Assembly (NCBI GenBank): GCA_965116785.1
Contig: OZ220731.1
Span: 3,619,922-3,683,921, forward strand
Source of the DNA: Dehalococcoidia bacterium
Lineage (GTDB): Bacteria; Chloroflexota; Dehalococcoidia; Lucifugimonadales; UBA3495
DNA: 64,000 nucleotides
Reading direction: 5' to 3'
The translations under genes were made by a program, and so were the position numbers. Positions 53,602 to 63,129 of this stretch are shown here, in pieces; within the stretch, counting starts at the first letter, position 1; each line of letters starts with the position of its first letter. A model generated the notes under the pieces. That model searched no databases. It was given only the letters and a program-made list of their open reading frames with translations, and was not told the origin of the DNA.

Positions 53602-53609
53602 GCTATAAT
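53602..53609 (+). promoter_or_regulatory. Candidate extended -10 promoter of modABC
   Basis: TGcTATAAT lies 38 nt upstream of the modA ATG. AAGGAG RBS at 53631-53636. No convincing -35. Confidence 0.35.
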
Positions 53610-53646
53610 TCACCGCTATGAGTAGCCGTCAAGGAGCGACAGCCCG

Positions 53647-54522
53647 ATGAAGCCCCGCTGGCAGGTTCTAGCAGCGGCGGTGTTCGCTCTGGCGCTGGCG
53701 TCCGGCGGGTGCGCCGCTGCCGCATCGCAGGATAGGGCCCCGGCCGACGCGCTGACCGTGTTCGCTGCGGCTTCGCTGGCCGAGCCGTTCCGCGCCGTGG
53801 CGGACGCTTTTGAGGCCGACAATCCTGCGATCGAGGTGATGTTCAATTTCGCGGGAAGCCAGGCGCTGCGCACCCAACTGGAACACGGTGCACGGGCGGA
53901 CGTTTTCGCATCGGCCGACTGGGAGCAGATGGCGGCGATCAGGCAGGCCAACCTGCTGGGTAACGCGCCGGAGTACTTCGCCACCAACCGGTTGGCGGTG
54001 GTCGCGCCGGCGGACTCGGAGGCTGTCCAGAGCCTGGACGACCTGGCGCGCCCGGGAGTGAGCATAGCCATCGCAGCGGCGGAGGCGCCGGCCGGCGCGT
54101 ACGCTCGCGCGACGCTCAACCGGATGGCGGAGTCCGCAGATTTTCCCGACACTTACGCCGACAGCGTGCTGGCCAACGTCGTGACGCATGAGACCAACGT
54201 GCGCGCCGTGGCGCAGAAGGTCGCGCTGGGCGAGGTGGACGCCGGCATGGTGTACGAGACGGACGCCAAGTCCGCGCAACGGGACAATTCATTGCGGGTA
54301 ATTGAAATCCCACTGCAATTCAATCCCGCTGCAGAGTATCCCATCGCGTCGCTGGGAGAGGCCGCCAATCCGCAGGCTGCCCTGGACTTCATCGCCTTCG
54401 TGCAGAGCGATGACGGGCAGTCGATTCTGCGGGAATACGGCTTTGCGCCGCCGGCCAACGTGGCCTGCCCCTGCCACGACGGAACGCCCGCCGGGAGCGT
54501 TGCGCCGTCGACGCCGCAGTGA
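53647..54522 (+). CDS. modA: Molybdate ABC transporter substrate-binding protein
   Basis: Lipoprotein-type signal ...ALASGGC. LTVFAAASL..PF, FNFAGSQAL..QLE.GA.ADVFASAD, and ...GEVDAGMVY.TDA. Confidence 0.9.
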   Translation: MKPRWQVLAAAVFALALASGGCAAAASQDRAPADALTVFAAASLAEPFRAVADAFEADNPAIEVMFNFAGSQALRTQLEHGARADVFASADWEQMAAIRQANLLGNAPEYFATNRLAVVAPADSEAVQSLDDLARPGVSIAIAAAEAPAGAYARATLNRMAESADFPDTYADSVLANVVTHETNVRAVAQKVALGEVDAGMVYETDAKSAQRDNSLRVIEIPLQFNPAAEYPIASLGEAANPQAALDFIAFVQSDDGQSILREYGFAPPANVACPCHDGTPAGSVAPSTPQ

Positions 54523-54525
54523 TCG

Positions 54526-55374
54526 ATGATCCCGAGGTTTCTGCTGGGCAACGGCCGGACTGACGGCAGCCGACACCAGGCGTCGCTGGGAGCGCTGGCA
54601 CCGGCGGGGGTGGCGGCGACCGTCGTCTACGTGGTGTTCATCGGGCTGCCCATCATTGCGCTGCTGGCGCGGGCGGGACAGCAGGAAGGGTTCCTGGCCG
54701 GACTGACCGGCGAACTGGTGCTCCAGGCACTGCGGCTGACGGTGATCACCAGCGTGGTGAGCATGGTCGTGGTGGTGGCAGTGGGGACGCCCTTTGCCCT
54801 GCTGCTGGCCCGGCGGCGATCGACGCTGCTGCGAGTGATCGACACCTTCGTGGAACTGCCAATCGTGCTGCCGCCGGTGGTGGCCGGCGTGGCGATGCTG
54901 ATGGCCTTCGGGAGGAATGGCCTGCTGGGACCGGCCCTGGGAGCCGTGGGCGTGACCCTGCCGTTCACCACGGCCGCGGTGATCTTCGCGCAGGTGTTCG
55001 TGGCGGCGCCGTTCTACATACGGGCGGCGCGGATCGGGTTCGCCGGCGTGGACCCGACCTATGAGGAGGTGTCACAGACGCTGGGGGTCTCGCCGTGGGC
55101 GACGTTCTGGCGCTTGACGCTTCCGGTGGCGTGGCCGTCGCTGCTGACCGGACTGACGCTGGCCTGGGCGCGGGCGGTTTCGGAGTTCGGGGCGACGATC
55201 ATGTTCGCCGGCAACCTGACCGGGCGCACGCAGACCATGCCGTTGGCGATCATGACCGCCATGGAGTCGAGCCTGGGATCGGCGCTGGCGTTGGGAGTGC
55301 TGCTGCTGGCGATGTCCGCGCTGGCGCTGGCGGCGTTGAGCGCGCTGTTGCGGCGGACCGGGTCGACGGCATGA
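54526..55374 (+). CDS. modB: Molybdate ABC transporter permease
   Basis: A 5-6 TM BPD-type permease with the EAA loop EEVSQTLGVSPWATFWRLTLP, placed between modA and modC. Confidence 0.9.
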   Translation: MIPRFLLGNGRTDGSRHQASLGALAPAGVAATVVYVVFIGLPIIALLARAGQQEGFLAGLTGELVLQALRLTVITSVVSMVVVVAVGTPFALLLARRRSTLLRVIDTFVELPIVLPPVVAGVAMLMAFGRNGLLGPALGAVGVTLPFTTAAVIFAQVFVAAPFYIRAARIGFAGVDPTYEEVSQTLGVSPWATFWRLTLPVAWPSLLTGLTLAWARAVSEFGATIMFAGNLTGRTQTMPLAIMTAMESSLGSALALGVLLLAMSALALAALSALLRRTGSTA

Positions 55375-56492
55375 GCGAACGACATGCGAGCAACGGCGCA
55401 TCCGGCCACTTTGCGGTGAGCCTGGACGAGTTCCGCATGGAGCTTGCCTTCGAGGTTGAGGCCGGGCGCATCCTGGTGCTCTTCGGGGCGTCGGGAGCGG
55501 GCAAGACCACCGCGCTACGAACCATCGCGGGGTTGGTCCGGCCCGCCGCAGGGCACATCGAGATAGCGGGGCGCACGGTGTACGAAGACGGGAACGGCAC
55601 GGGAGCGCGGTCGGCCTGGGTGCAGCCGCATCGGCGGGGAGTGGGGTACGTCACGCAGCAGAACCACCTGTTTCCCCACCTGACGGTGCGCCAGAACATC
55701 GCCTATGGCCTGCGGGACCGGGGCGGGGATTCGTCGCGAAAGCGGGTGGCCGAACTGGTGGAGCGGCTGCGGCTGGACGGGCTGGAGGACCGTCGGGTCT
55801 GGCAACTGTCGGGTGGCCAGCAGCAGCGGGCCGCGCTCGCCCGGGCGCTGGCGCCGTCTCCGGACCTGCTGCTGCTGGACGAGCCCTTCGCCGCGCTGGA
55901 CATGGAGTTGCGGCGGGAGCTGGGTTCGGAATTGCGGGCGACGGTTCGCCAGTTCGAGGTGCCGGTGATCCTGGTGACGCACAGCCGGGAAGAGGCGCTG
56001 GCGCTGGGCGACGAGGTGCAGATCATCGATTCTGGCGTGACCGTGGCCTCGGGGCCACCCCTGACAGCGCTGGAGCAGCCGGGTCGGGGCCGTGTGGCGC
56101 GGCTGGTGGGCGTCGAGAACCTGCTGGAGATGCGGGTGACGGCGCGGCTGCCGCAGGACGGCACGATGGTCTGCGCGGCGGCGGACCACCTGCTGGAGAC
56201 CCCGCTTGCTGACGGATGTGCGGTGGGCGATTCGGTGACCGTGGGGATTCGGGCATCGGACATCATCCTGGCGTCGGGGCCGTTGCCGCAATCGTCGGCG
56301 CGAAACACCTGGGTCGGCGTGGTGTCGGCGGTGACGCTGCGCCCGCCGGGCTACGAAGTGACGCTGGACTGCGACGGTGTGCCGCTGCGATGCCACATCA
56401 CCGGGACGTCGATGGACGCGATGGGCATCGCGACGGGGCTGCCGGTATGGGCGATATTCAAGGCGTCGTCGTGCTTCCTGTTGAGCGATTAG
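55371..56492 (+). CDS. modC: Molybdate ABC transporter ATP-binding protein with C-terminal TOBE domain
   Basis: ATGA overlap with modB. GASGAGKTT, LSGGQQQRAALARAL, LLLDEPFAALD, VTHS, and a C-terminal roughly 130-aa beta-rich TOBE-like region. Confidence 0.9.
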   Translation: MSERHASNGASGHFAVSLDEFRMELAFEVEAGRILVLFGASGAGKTTALRTIAGLVRPAAGHIEIAGRTVYEDGNGTGARSAWVQPHRRGVGYVTQQNHLFPHLTVRQNIAYGLRDRGGDSSRKRVAELVERLRLDGLEDRRVWQLSGGQQQRAALARALAPSPDLLLLDEPFAALDMELRRELGSELRATVRQFEVPVILVTHSREEALALGDEVQIIDSGVTVASGPPLTALEQPGRGRVARLVGVENLLEMRVTARLPQDGTMVCAAADHLLETPLADGCAVGDSVTVGIRASDIILASGPLPQSSARNTWVGVVSAVTLRPPGYEVTLDCDGVPLRCHITGTSMDAMGIATGLPVWAIFKASSCFLLSD

Positions 56493-56829
56493 TCACAAGT
56501 CCACTGTTGGGGCTCCTTGATATAATGCCGGCTGGCAGGAGCCAGGGCCGTGTTTTACGGGATAGCAACAATCATAAAACTCCTGGACGAGAGGAAGGCA
56601 GACAAAAGAGCTGAGGCCGTTCGTCTCGTGAGCAACGACAATTCGCTTTTCGAGCAAGTTCTGGAGCACCGCCGCGCAAAAGAGCACGACCCTGATACCC
56701 AAAATAACGGGCGCTAGCGTCCGCAGAGCGTTGACGCCAGTGCGGTCTGCGGTGTTTTGTGCCTCATGCCAAGCATGAGGTTGCAACGTCCCGCGAGAGA
56801 CAAGACATAGCAAGGAGGGCCAACCGGAG

Positions 56830-57492
56830 ATGCCTGGTTACAAGGGGATTTTGTTCGATATGGACGGCGTGCTGGTGGATAGCGAGCCGCTGTTCCACAA
56901 GGCGGTGAACGTGATGGTGGAACGCTGCGGCGCGGCCCCGATCACGGAAGAGGAGAACAACCGCTACCTGCTGGGCACGACGGTGGAGGAGACCTGGGTG
57001 CGGGTCAAGGAGCTGCGCGGGATACCACAGACGCCGGCGGAATTGCTGGCCGGCTACAACGATGTTGTTAAGGACGTGCTGCGCTCGGACCTGGTGGCGC
57101 GACCGGGGGTGCGGGCGCTGATCGCCGAAGCGCAGCGGCGGGGCCTGCCTATCGCGGTGGCGTCGTCATCGCTGCGGGAATGGGTGAACCTGAAGCTGTC
57201 GGTAATCGGATTGAGCGATGCTTTCCCGGTGGCGCTGGGCGGAGACGATATCGAGAACGGTAAGCCAGCCCCCGACATCTACATCAAGGCTGCGGGACTG
57301 CTGGGGCTGGAGGCGACGGAGTGCGTGGCCATTGAAGACTCGCCGATCGGACTGGCGGCGGCCAGCGGGTCGGGAGCGTATACCGTCTGCACGCTGACCG
57401 ATTCCACGCGGCACCTGGACCTGTCGGCGGCGGACGTGATAATTGAGAACCTGGAGCACTTCGACTACGGGTTGCTGGCGGAGGGCAACTAA
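56830..57492 (+). CDS. HAD-superfamily hydrolase (beta-phosphoglucomutase-like subfamily IA)
   Basis: ILFDMDGVLVDSE (DxDG motif I), VASSS (motif II), GKPAPDIY, and EDSPIGLAAA (motif IV). Confidence 0.85.
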   Translation: MPGYKGILFDMDGVLVDSEPLFHKAVNVMVERCGAAPITEEENNRYLLGTTVEETWVRVKELRGIPQTPAELLAGYNDVVKDVLRSDLVARPGVRALIAEAQRRGLPIAVASSSLREWVNLKLSVIGLSDAFPVALGGDDIENGKPAPDIYIKAAGLLGLEATECVAIEDSPIGLAAASGSGAYTVCTLTDSTRHLDLSAADVIIENLEHFDYGLLAEGN

Positions 57493-57510
57493 ACCCGGCA
57501 CATATCCCGC

Positions 57511-57544
57511 GGTTACGGGATTGCCACGCTGCGCTCGCAATGGC
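57511..57544. repeat. REP-like palindromic element, family A
   Basis: ggttacgggattgccacgctgcgctcgcaatggc shares an exact 31-mer with 46181-46211. It sits between convergent genes. Confidence 0.8.
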
Positions 57545-57569
57545 GAACCGCAAGCAGGCGCGGAAGGAT

Positions 57570-58301
57570 CTAGCCCCGTCGCCGACGTCTACGATACCCG
57601 GGTAGACCGGGGTAAGTCCCATCCTGCAGCACCCATTGCAGCCGCTGCGTGAGGGCCCGCGCCTCGCCGGCGTCCATCATCGACAGCAGTTCGGCCACGT
57701 CGCCAGTGGGCGCAAGCAACTGCCCGCAGAGGTGACGCAGGGGTTCCAGCAGACGATCGGGAATGGGTTCGTCGGCGAAATCCCAGATTGCGGTGCGGAT
57801 CTTGGTGTCCGAATGGAAGGTCAGGCCGTGGTCGATGCCCCATAGCTTTCCGTCGGGAGCGCGGATGACGTGTTCCGGTTTTCGGTCGGTGTTGTTGGCA
57901 ACCAGGTCGAAGCAGCAGATGGTGCGCAGCTGGTCGGCGTCGCAGTCGGTTAGTTCCTCGCGCGTTATGGTGTAGTAGTTTTCCCGGGGGTTGTGGTCAA
58001 CGTACAACTGGACGGAGCCGATCCCGCCCGGCCCTTCTCGGATGATGGTCAGCGGGATGAAGTCCCAGCCAAGAATATGGCTGAGCAGGTAGGCGGCGTA
58101 TTCGCGCTTGTAGAGGGTGCCGGACGGGAAGTCCCACAGGGGCCATTCGCCCTGCCTGGGTTTGTAAATCGCCAGAGCGTAACGGTCACCCAGGCTGATC
58201 TCGGCGAGGTAGGTGTAGTTGGAACCCTGACGCGTCAGGTCGCAGCTCAGGATCTCCCCATGCCGCAGCAAATCAAGGTCGGATGGCCCGTCGGTGACCA
58301 C
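57570..58301 (-). CDS. SCO1664-family protein (PI3/4-kinase-like fold)
   Basis: GSNYTYLAEI......ALAIYKP..GE.PLWDFP.GTL..RE.AAYLLS..LGWD.IP and NNTDRKPEHV fit the SCO1664 family pattern, with its usual DUF3090 neighbour. Confidence 0.8.
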   Translation of the reverse strand: MVTDGPSDLDLLRHGEILSCDLTRQGSNYTYLAEISLGDRYALAIYKPRQGEWPLWDFPSGTLYKREYAAYLLSHILGWDFIPLTIIREGPGGIGSVQLYVDHNPRENYYTITREELTDCDADQLRTICCFDLVANNTDRKPEHVIRAPDGKLWGIDHGLTFHSDTKIRTAIWDFADEPIPDRLLEPLRHLCGQLLAPTGDVAELLSMMDAGEARALTQRLQWVLQDGTYPGLPGYRRRRRRG

Positions 58302-58325
58302 GGGAAAAGGCGGCCGGCAGGCCGG

Positions 58326-58859
58326 CTAACCGGTTTCGAATACGGCGTGGCCGTTGGCGCGGGCGCAGCGGTGCCCGTCGGGATCGATGGGCGCGCCGCA
58401 GAGGAAGCATGGGGGTCGACCCGCGGCGCAGATCCGCAATGCCTGGTCGGCCAGCGCGGACGACTGGTCCATTGTCAGCCAGAAACTGACGGAGGTCTGG
58501 GCGCCGGCGTCGGGGTCGTCCTCATCGCCCTCGTAGGCGTGGATCACGAAGCAATTGGCTTCCTTGTCGTATTCCAACTGCATCTGACGGGCGCGAAAGT
58601 CCTGCTCCAGCGGATCGCCCATCCAGGGCGTTTCACTTGGCGAACTCTCCTTGTCGCCGGCCAATTCTCCCAGCTGCTTCACAGCCTGCTGGAGATACAG
58701 GCCCAGCTGCAAAAGCTGCTCCTTCTCGAGCCAGATGAAGGACTGGGCTCTTCCGGCTTCCGCGACCAGCCGGAAGGTACGTTGCCCGGGACGCCCGAAG
58801 GTTTCGGCGGACACCGATTGGGCGGCGCCAATCTTATAGCGGACTTCGCGTTCTGCCAT
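58326..58859 (-). CDS. DUF3090-family protein
   Basis: Start MAEREV (58859). FGRPGQRTFRL.AEAG......WLEKEQL..L and the C-terminal GRPPCFLCGAPIDPDGHRCARANGH zinc-ribbon-like end. Confidence 0.8.
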   Translation of the reverse strand: MAEREVRYKIGAAQSVSAETFGRPGQRTFRLVAEAGRAQSFIWLEKEQLLQLGLYLQQAVKQLGELAGDKESSPSETPWMGDPLEQDFRARQMQLEYDKEANCFVIHAYEGDEDDPDAGAQTSVSFWLTMDQSSALADQALRICAAGRPPCFLCGAPIDPDGHRCARANGHAVFETG

Positions 58860-60172
58860 GCGGCTATGATAGTCGCCGACTCTTAGGCTGGCAAGTGGTG
58901 ATCGATCACCCTTCAACCCTGCCTGCCTTCCTGGTCAATCGAATGGCGCTGCCACCAAACGGCCGCTGCCGTGAGTGACCTCGCGCGCCGACTTTGCGCC
59001 ACCGGCCCATTGAGCACACGAGAAAGCGGCCGCTCTCCAGATCCTTAGGGCGCCTCCCGGATGAGCCAACCTCAACCGGTCTTCCCAAGGGCTGCATTCG
59101 CTCCCTGTTACCAACCGTACCAGGAACCGGCTCCCCGCGATTACCATTCGGCAGGTTGCGCCTGGGCATTTCCACCGCGATATTTACATCACCCGATGGA
59201 AGAAACGGCCGCCTTTGCACATGAACATTGCTCGGGAAACATCGCATATTTTCCTACGGTAACCGTCATCTGCCACCGAATACCAATGCCTGACTTACGC
59301 ACATTGGCTACATTGCGCGTGCAAAACCACGAATGCACAGACTTTGCTGAGGGCGGGCCATATCATCCGGGCAAATATACGCGCCGTCGAGGGCGCGCCA
59401 GTCCCGACGTTACCGATTGGCACATAGCGCGGGTCACGCGTGCGGAAACTCGCAACGAATCGTTGGCATCGACAGTGGCCACCGTCGATGCCAAATCCGC
59501 GCCCGGTCACCATTGAACGGGCACCACGCACACCGATGTCACCATAGATTGGATTTGAAACGGGAACGCGACCGGCTGTCGCGTGGCCACCCCTGGTCAA
59601 TCAATTGCATGGCGGCTCAGCGCGGGAGCAAACCGCCGGGAAGCTCGACGCAACAGAAGGGGCGAATGAGTGTGCGTTAACCGCGATGCAGGAGGAACCC
59701 GGATAAATGCATTTTGGTCACACAACCACGACCACTGTAATTCGAAGATCCACGTCACTGCTCAGGAACTCCTGGCGTTTGGCACTGTTTGGGACGCTGT
59801 TTGCGATGACGTGCTGGGAGGTCAATCCGGGTCAAATGCCGGCGCCGGAAAACGATCCGGCGCGGCTCGAAGCGTCGGTCATCGTCGCTGAGGGGTAGGC
59901 ACCCCAGAGTGAATAGGCAGGTGTGAGAGATCGCAGGAGCAGATCAAACTGGAGGCTGACCGGCGATTGTTGCGAGATTGAAATCGCAGGAATAGGCAAT
60001 GGCGTCGCAGTATGTAACCACGGGACCGTGCTGAAACCCGGGATGAGCGTCATTGAGCCAGTGGCGCGCGGCTCCCGCTCATCAAATTACTGATTGGCCC
60101 CGCGTGGCCGATTAACGATCAGCGTTGGGGCAGTTAGCGTCACGTTCGCGTGGGTTACGAGGGGCAACAGAA

Positions 60173-60196
60173 AGCCGGTCCCAGAAAAGACCGGCT
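60173..60196 (-). terminator. Rho-independent terminator after gcvH
   Basis: The minus strand reads AGCCGGTC-ttttctgg-GACCGGCT followed by TTCTGTTG, about 90 nt after the gcvH stop. Confidence 0.55.
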
Positions 60197-60285
60197 TCTG
60201 AACAGTGCGGTAGGGGTGTTTGCCGTCCGGCTTTGTTCAGCGGGCGAACCCAGGCATGGCTCGCGGTGCGGTCGGACTGTAGGAA

Positions 60286-60675
60286 CTACAGGCCGCCCAG
60301 GTACTCGTTGTAACTACCCGCGTCGAGCAGCGCGTCCAGCTCGGCGGGATCGCTCATGCGGACCCGCATCATCCAGCCGTCGCCGAAGGGATCGTTGTTC
60401 ACCAGTTCGGGCTCCTGGGCCAAGCGCCCGTTGATTTCGGTGACCTCGCCGCTGACGGGCGAATACAGGTCGGATACGGCCTTGACGGATTCAATCTCTC
60501 CCATCTTGTCCATGTGCCCGACGGGGGCGCCGGTATCCGGGAGTTCCACGTATACGACGTCGCCCAACTGGTCCTGCGCGTAGTGGGTGATGCCCACCAG
60601 GACGGTTCCGGCGGCGACATCTTCGACCAGGGCCCACTCGTGCTCCCTGGAGTATTTACGGTCTTCGGGATTCAC
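60286..60675 (-). CDS. gcvH: Glycine cleavage system protein H
   Basis: GITHYAQDQLGDVVYVELP, lipoyl-lysine motif ESVKAVSDLYSP.SGEV, and NDPFGDGWM. Confidence 0.95.
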   Translation of the reverse strand: MNPEDRKYSREHEWALVEDVAAGTVLVGITHYAQDQLGDVVYVELPDTGAPVGHMDKMGEIESVKAVSDLYSPVSGEVTEINGRLAQEPELVNNDPFGDGWMMRVRMSDPAELDALLDAGSYNEYLGGL

Positions 60676-60765
60676 TTTGTCTGATACCTCCCAAGGGTAG
60701 GGTAGTCAACGATTGGAGCGACCGAAAGCGCCATGCAAGACGCGATGATCGCGGGCAGGTCGGCG

Positions 60766-61923
60766 CTAGCCCGGTCGCTGGTAGAAGGGGATCTCCGCCG
60801 TTGTGGCATCAGCCCGGCGTCCGCGAATGTCGACGGTGAGGACCATGCCGAGGTCGGAGTGCGCAGCGTCGACAAAGGCCATGGCGATGCACTGCTCCAG
60901 GGTGGGGGAGTAGCTGCCGCTGGCGACCGTGCCGACCACCTCGCCATCGGCCAGAACCTCGTACCCCGCGCGGGGAGCGCTGCGCCCCGGCAGGGTCAGT
61001 CCGACCAGGCGGCGCTCGGTTCCGTACACTCGCTGGTGGTCCAGGACGTCGGCGCCGTTGTAGCCGCCATCGCGGCGCACGAACCGGCCGAAGCCGGCCT
61101 CGATCGGCGTGATGGTGTCGGACAGTTCATGGCCGTGCAGCGGGAGACCGGCTTCGAGCCGGAGCACGTCCCGCGCTCCCAGGCCGCAGGGAACCGCGCC
61201 GGCTTCTGTGAGTTTGTTCCAGATGGCGACGACGTCGGCCGACCCGACGGCGAGTTCGAACCCGTCCTCCCCGGTGTAGCCGGTGCGCCCGATGAAAACG
61301 CGACGACCGTCGATGTGACCGCGTCCCCATGTGAAGGGGCGCAGCAGGGACGGGGCGGGGCTCCGGCCCGGGTTGCGGGCCAGGCGAGCGCCGGGGATGA
61401 AGTCCTCGCAAAGTTGGTCCACGATCTCCACTGCTTTGGGTCCCTGCACGGCAAGCAGTCCGGTGAGCATGGTGCGATCAGTGATATGCACGCCGCGTCC
61501 GTCAAAGTGCAGAGCGAGTTGGCGATCAAACCACAGGGCCACGGCGGGCCGGTTGCCGGCGTTGGGGATGAGCAGGAATTCGTCGTCAGAGAGGCGGTAG
61601 AAGATGGTGTCATCGATGACGCCGCCCTGATCGTTGCAGATGAAGCAGTAGCGGGCACGACCCATGCGCAGCCCGGACGCGGACCCGGTGAGCAGGATGT
61701 CCAGCAGACTGGCCGCGTTGGGTCCACCGATATGCAGTCGGCCCATGTGCGAGACGTCGAAGACGCCGGCGGCGTTGCGTACGGCCGCCACCTCGGCGAT
61801 GACTCCCTGGTACTGCACCGGCATGTCCCAACCGCCGAAGGGCACTATGCGGGCGCCAAGAGCTACGTGGGTGTCGTAAAGGGCGGTGCGGAGATTCTCC
61901 GCAACAGTGGAATCAGAAGGCAT
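60766..61923 (-). CDS. gcvT: Glycine cleavage system aminomethyltransferase T
   Basis: [47 protein letters not shown], and [18 protein letters not shown]. Confidence 0.95.
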   Translation of the reverse strand: MPSDSTVAENLRTALYDTHVALGARIVPFGGWDMPVQYQGVIAEVAAVRNAAGVFDVSHMGRLHIGGPNAASLLDILLTGSASGLRMGRARYCFICNDQGGVIDDTIFYRLSDDEFLLIPNAGNRPAVALWFDRQLALHFDGRGVHITDRTMLTGLLAVQGPKAVEIVDQLCEDFIPGARLARNPGRSPAPSLLRPFTWGRGHIDGRRVFIGRTGYTGEDGFELAVGSADVVAIWNKLTEAGAVPCGLGARDVLRLEAGLPLHGHELSDTITPIEAGFGRFVRRDGGYNGADVLDHQRVYGTERRLVGLTLPGRSAPRAGYEVLADGEVVGTVASGSYSPTLEQCIAMAFVDAAHSDLGMVLTVDIRGRRADATTAEIPFYQRPG

Positions 61924-61968
61924 AGGTTATTTCGAGCGGCAGCGTGACGTTGGAATTCTCTGAGAATC

Positions 61969-61997
61969 ATCATACCGCCAAGACCGTTGAGGCGCAA
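61969..61997 (-). promoter_or_regulatory. Candidate sigma-70-type promoter of gcvT-gcvH
   Basis: The minus strand reads TTGCGC-17 nt-TATGAT (plus-strand gcgcaa 61992-61997, atcata 61969-61974), about 45 nt upstream of the gcvT ATG. Confidence 0.35.
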
Positions 61998-62033
61998 CGA
62001 CGAAAAGGCTCGGCACGCCTATCGTGGTAAATC

Positions 62034-62130
62034 GTCAGAAGCAGGACTATCACGATTTTGGGATGGTCAGGATTCGACTCGTACTGTGATTGAGTCTCGT
62101 CCTGCTCAATCATTGAATCCTGTAAATCGT
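62034..62130. repeat. Family-D dispersed repeat (degenerate copy)
   Basis: gtcagaagcaggactatcacgattttgggatggtcaggatt ... aatcattgaatcctgtaaatcgt, with an internal inverted repeat gcaggac...gtcctgc. Confidence 0.6.
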
Positions 62131-62257
62131 GCTTCGGACGTTCACCCGCGGCAAACCCGGCCACGCGTGAGAGCCGAGTTCAGGTTGACGCGGCTGCCGG
62201 GCTGCGCGGACAATTGCGGACGCGTCAAAAACCAAGTGGCCAAACAGGAGCAGAGCA

Positions 62258-62950
62258 ATGAATCGAAAGCCGGAACCGGCGGAGCACGAGGATGAGCAGC
62301 GCGTGATCGCCACGGCGGAGCAGTTGGCTGCCTACCTGAGCGAAAACCGGCAACTGGCCGCGGCGTTGGTGAGCGAGTTGGCGGATGAGGTCGAGGCGGA
62401 AGGTCAGGACCCGATCAATGACATCCTGGAAAATGGCTATGAAGACTCGTTCTACATGGACGATCTGACGGGGTTCAACGAGGAATTCGACACGATCGTG
62501 GTTACGCCGACGATCGAGATCGGGACCGACTGGGACCAGCCCTTCGATGACCACGATTTTGGCGCCAGCGTAGATAATATGCTGGATCGGGTGGGCGTCG
62601 ATGAAGCGCTGGCCACCGAATTCAGGCGGTACCTGATGCAAGAGTGCCTCATCCTGGTGGAAACCAGAGGACGGAGTGGGCCCGATTCCGGTTTCGTAGA
62701 TATTTTTGGCCTGAAGGTATTCGAGGCCTACAAACCGCTTCAATCGGCGATGCAAGAGGAATTGGAGTTGCTGCGACAGGAGGGGGACGACGAGGATTGG
62801 AACTCCGGCACCGCCGGGGAATTGTTGCGCGATGCCCTGGAGAGCGCAATCGAAAGGGCGGCGCCCCTCATCGCTGAGTGGATGGCAGAAACCATCGAGG
62901 AGCAGGGCGAAGCGCTGGCGTTCAACGCCCTCAGGAGAATGACGTCGTAG
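62258..62950 (+). CDS. Highly acidic hypothetical protein
   Basis: 230-aa ORF after AGGAG, very rich in Asp/Glu throughout (EHEDEQ, ADEVEAEGQD, GYEDSFYMDDLTGFNEEFD, QEGDDEDW). I recognise no family. Confidence 0.6.
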   Translation: MNRKPEPAEHEDEQRVIATAEQLAAYLSENRQLAAALVSELADEVEAEGQDPINDILENGYEDSFYMDDLTGFNEEFDTIVVTPTIEIGTDWDQPFDDHDFGASVDNMLDRVGVDEALATEFRRYLMQECLILVETRGRSGPDSGFVDIFGLKVFEAYKPLQSAMQEELELLRQEGDDEDWNSGTAGELLRDALESAIERAAPLIAEWMAETIEEQGEALAFNALRRMTS

Positions 62951-63129
62951 CCGGGCTCCGGTCACCGGTATAACATTCGGCGGGCACGCAGTCTGCGGCA
63001 CTGAGGAACGGAACCGCACATCGATTTGCGGGAGCCTTCAATTTGCGGGAGTCCACGATTTCGGGGATGATTGGCGCGCAGACGACACACAGTTCGGACC
63101 GAAGACGCGAAACGCACGGGAGGCAGAAA

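Noticed and set aside
53485-53646. Molybdenum-cofactor (Moco) riboswitch upstream of modA
   Set aside because: No Moco-motif conserved segments are recognisable, and the best promoter candidate leaves a leader of only about 35 nt.
58917-59300. Possible cobalamin riboswitch, c-di-AMP (ydaO) riboswitch, RNase P RNA, SRP RNA or tmRNA on the minus strand
   Set aside because: Fragments such as AACAGGGA, GGGGAGCC and CCAGGAAGG caught my eye. The diagnostic cores are absent on both strands: the B12 box and GGUG.AA..CC, GAGGAAAGUCCGG, the GGAA-tetraloop helix 8, and the tRNA-like CCA end. A proper Infernal scan is still worthwhile.
61924-62257. Glycine riboswitch upstream of gcvT
   Set aside because: I read the minus strand of the leader and found no GGAGAG...CACCGAAGGGGCAA / CUCUGGAGAG-type cores. 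The candidate promoter leaves only about 45 nt of 5' UTR, and the rest is a family-D repeat.
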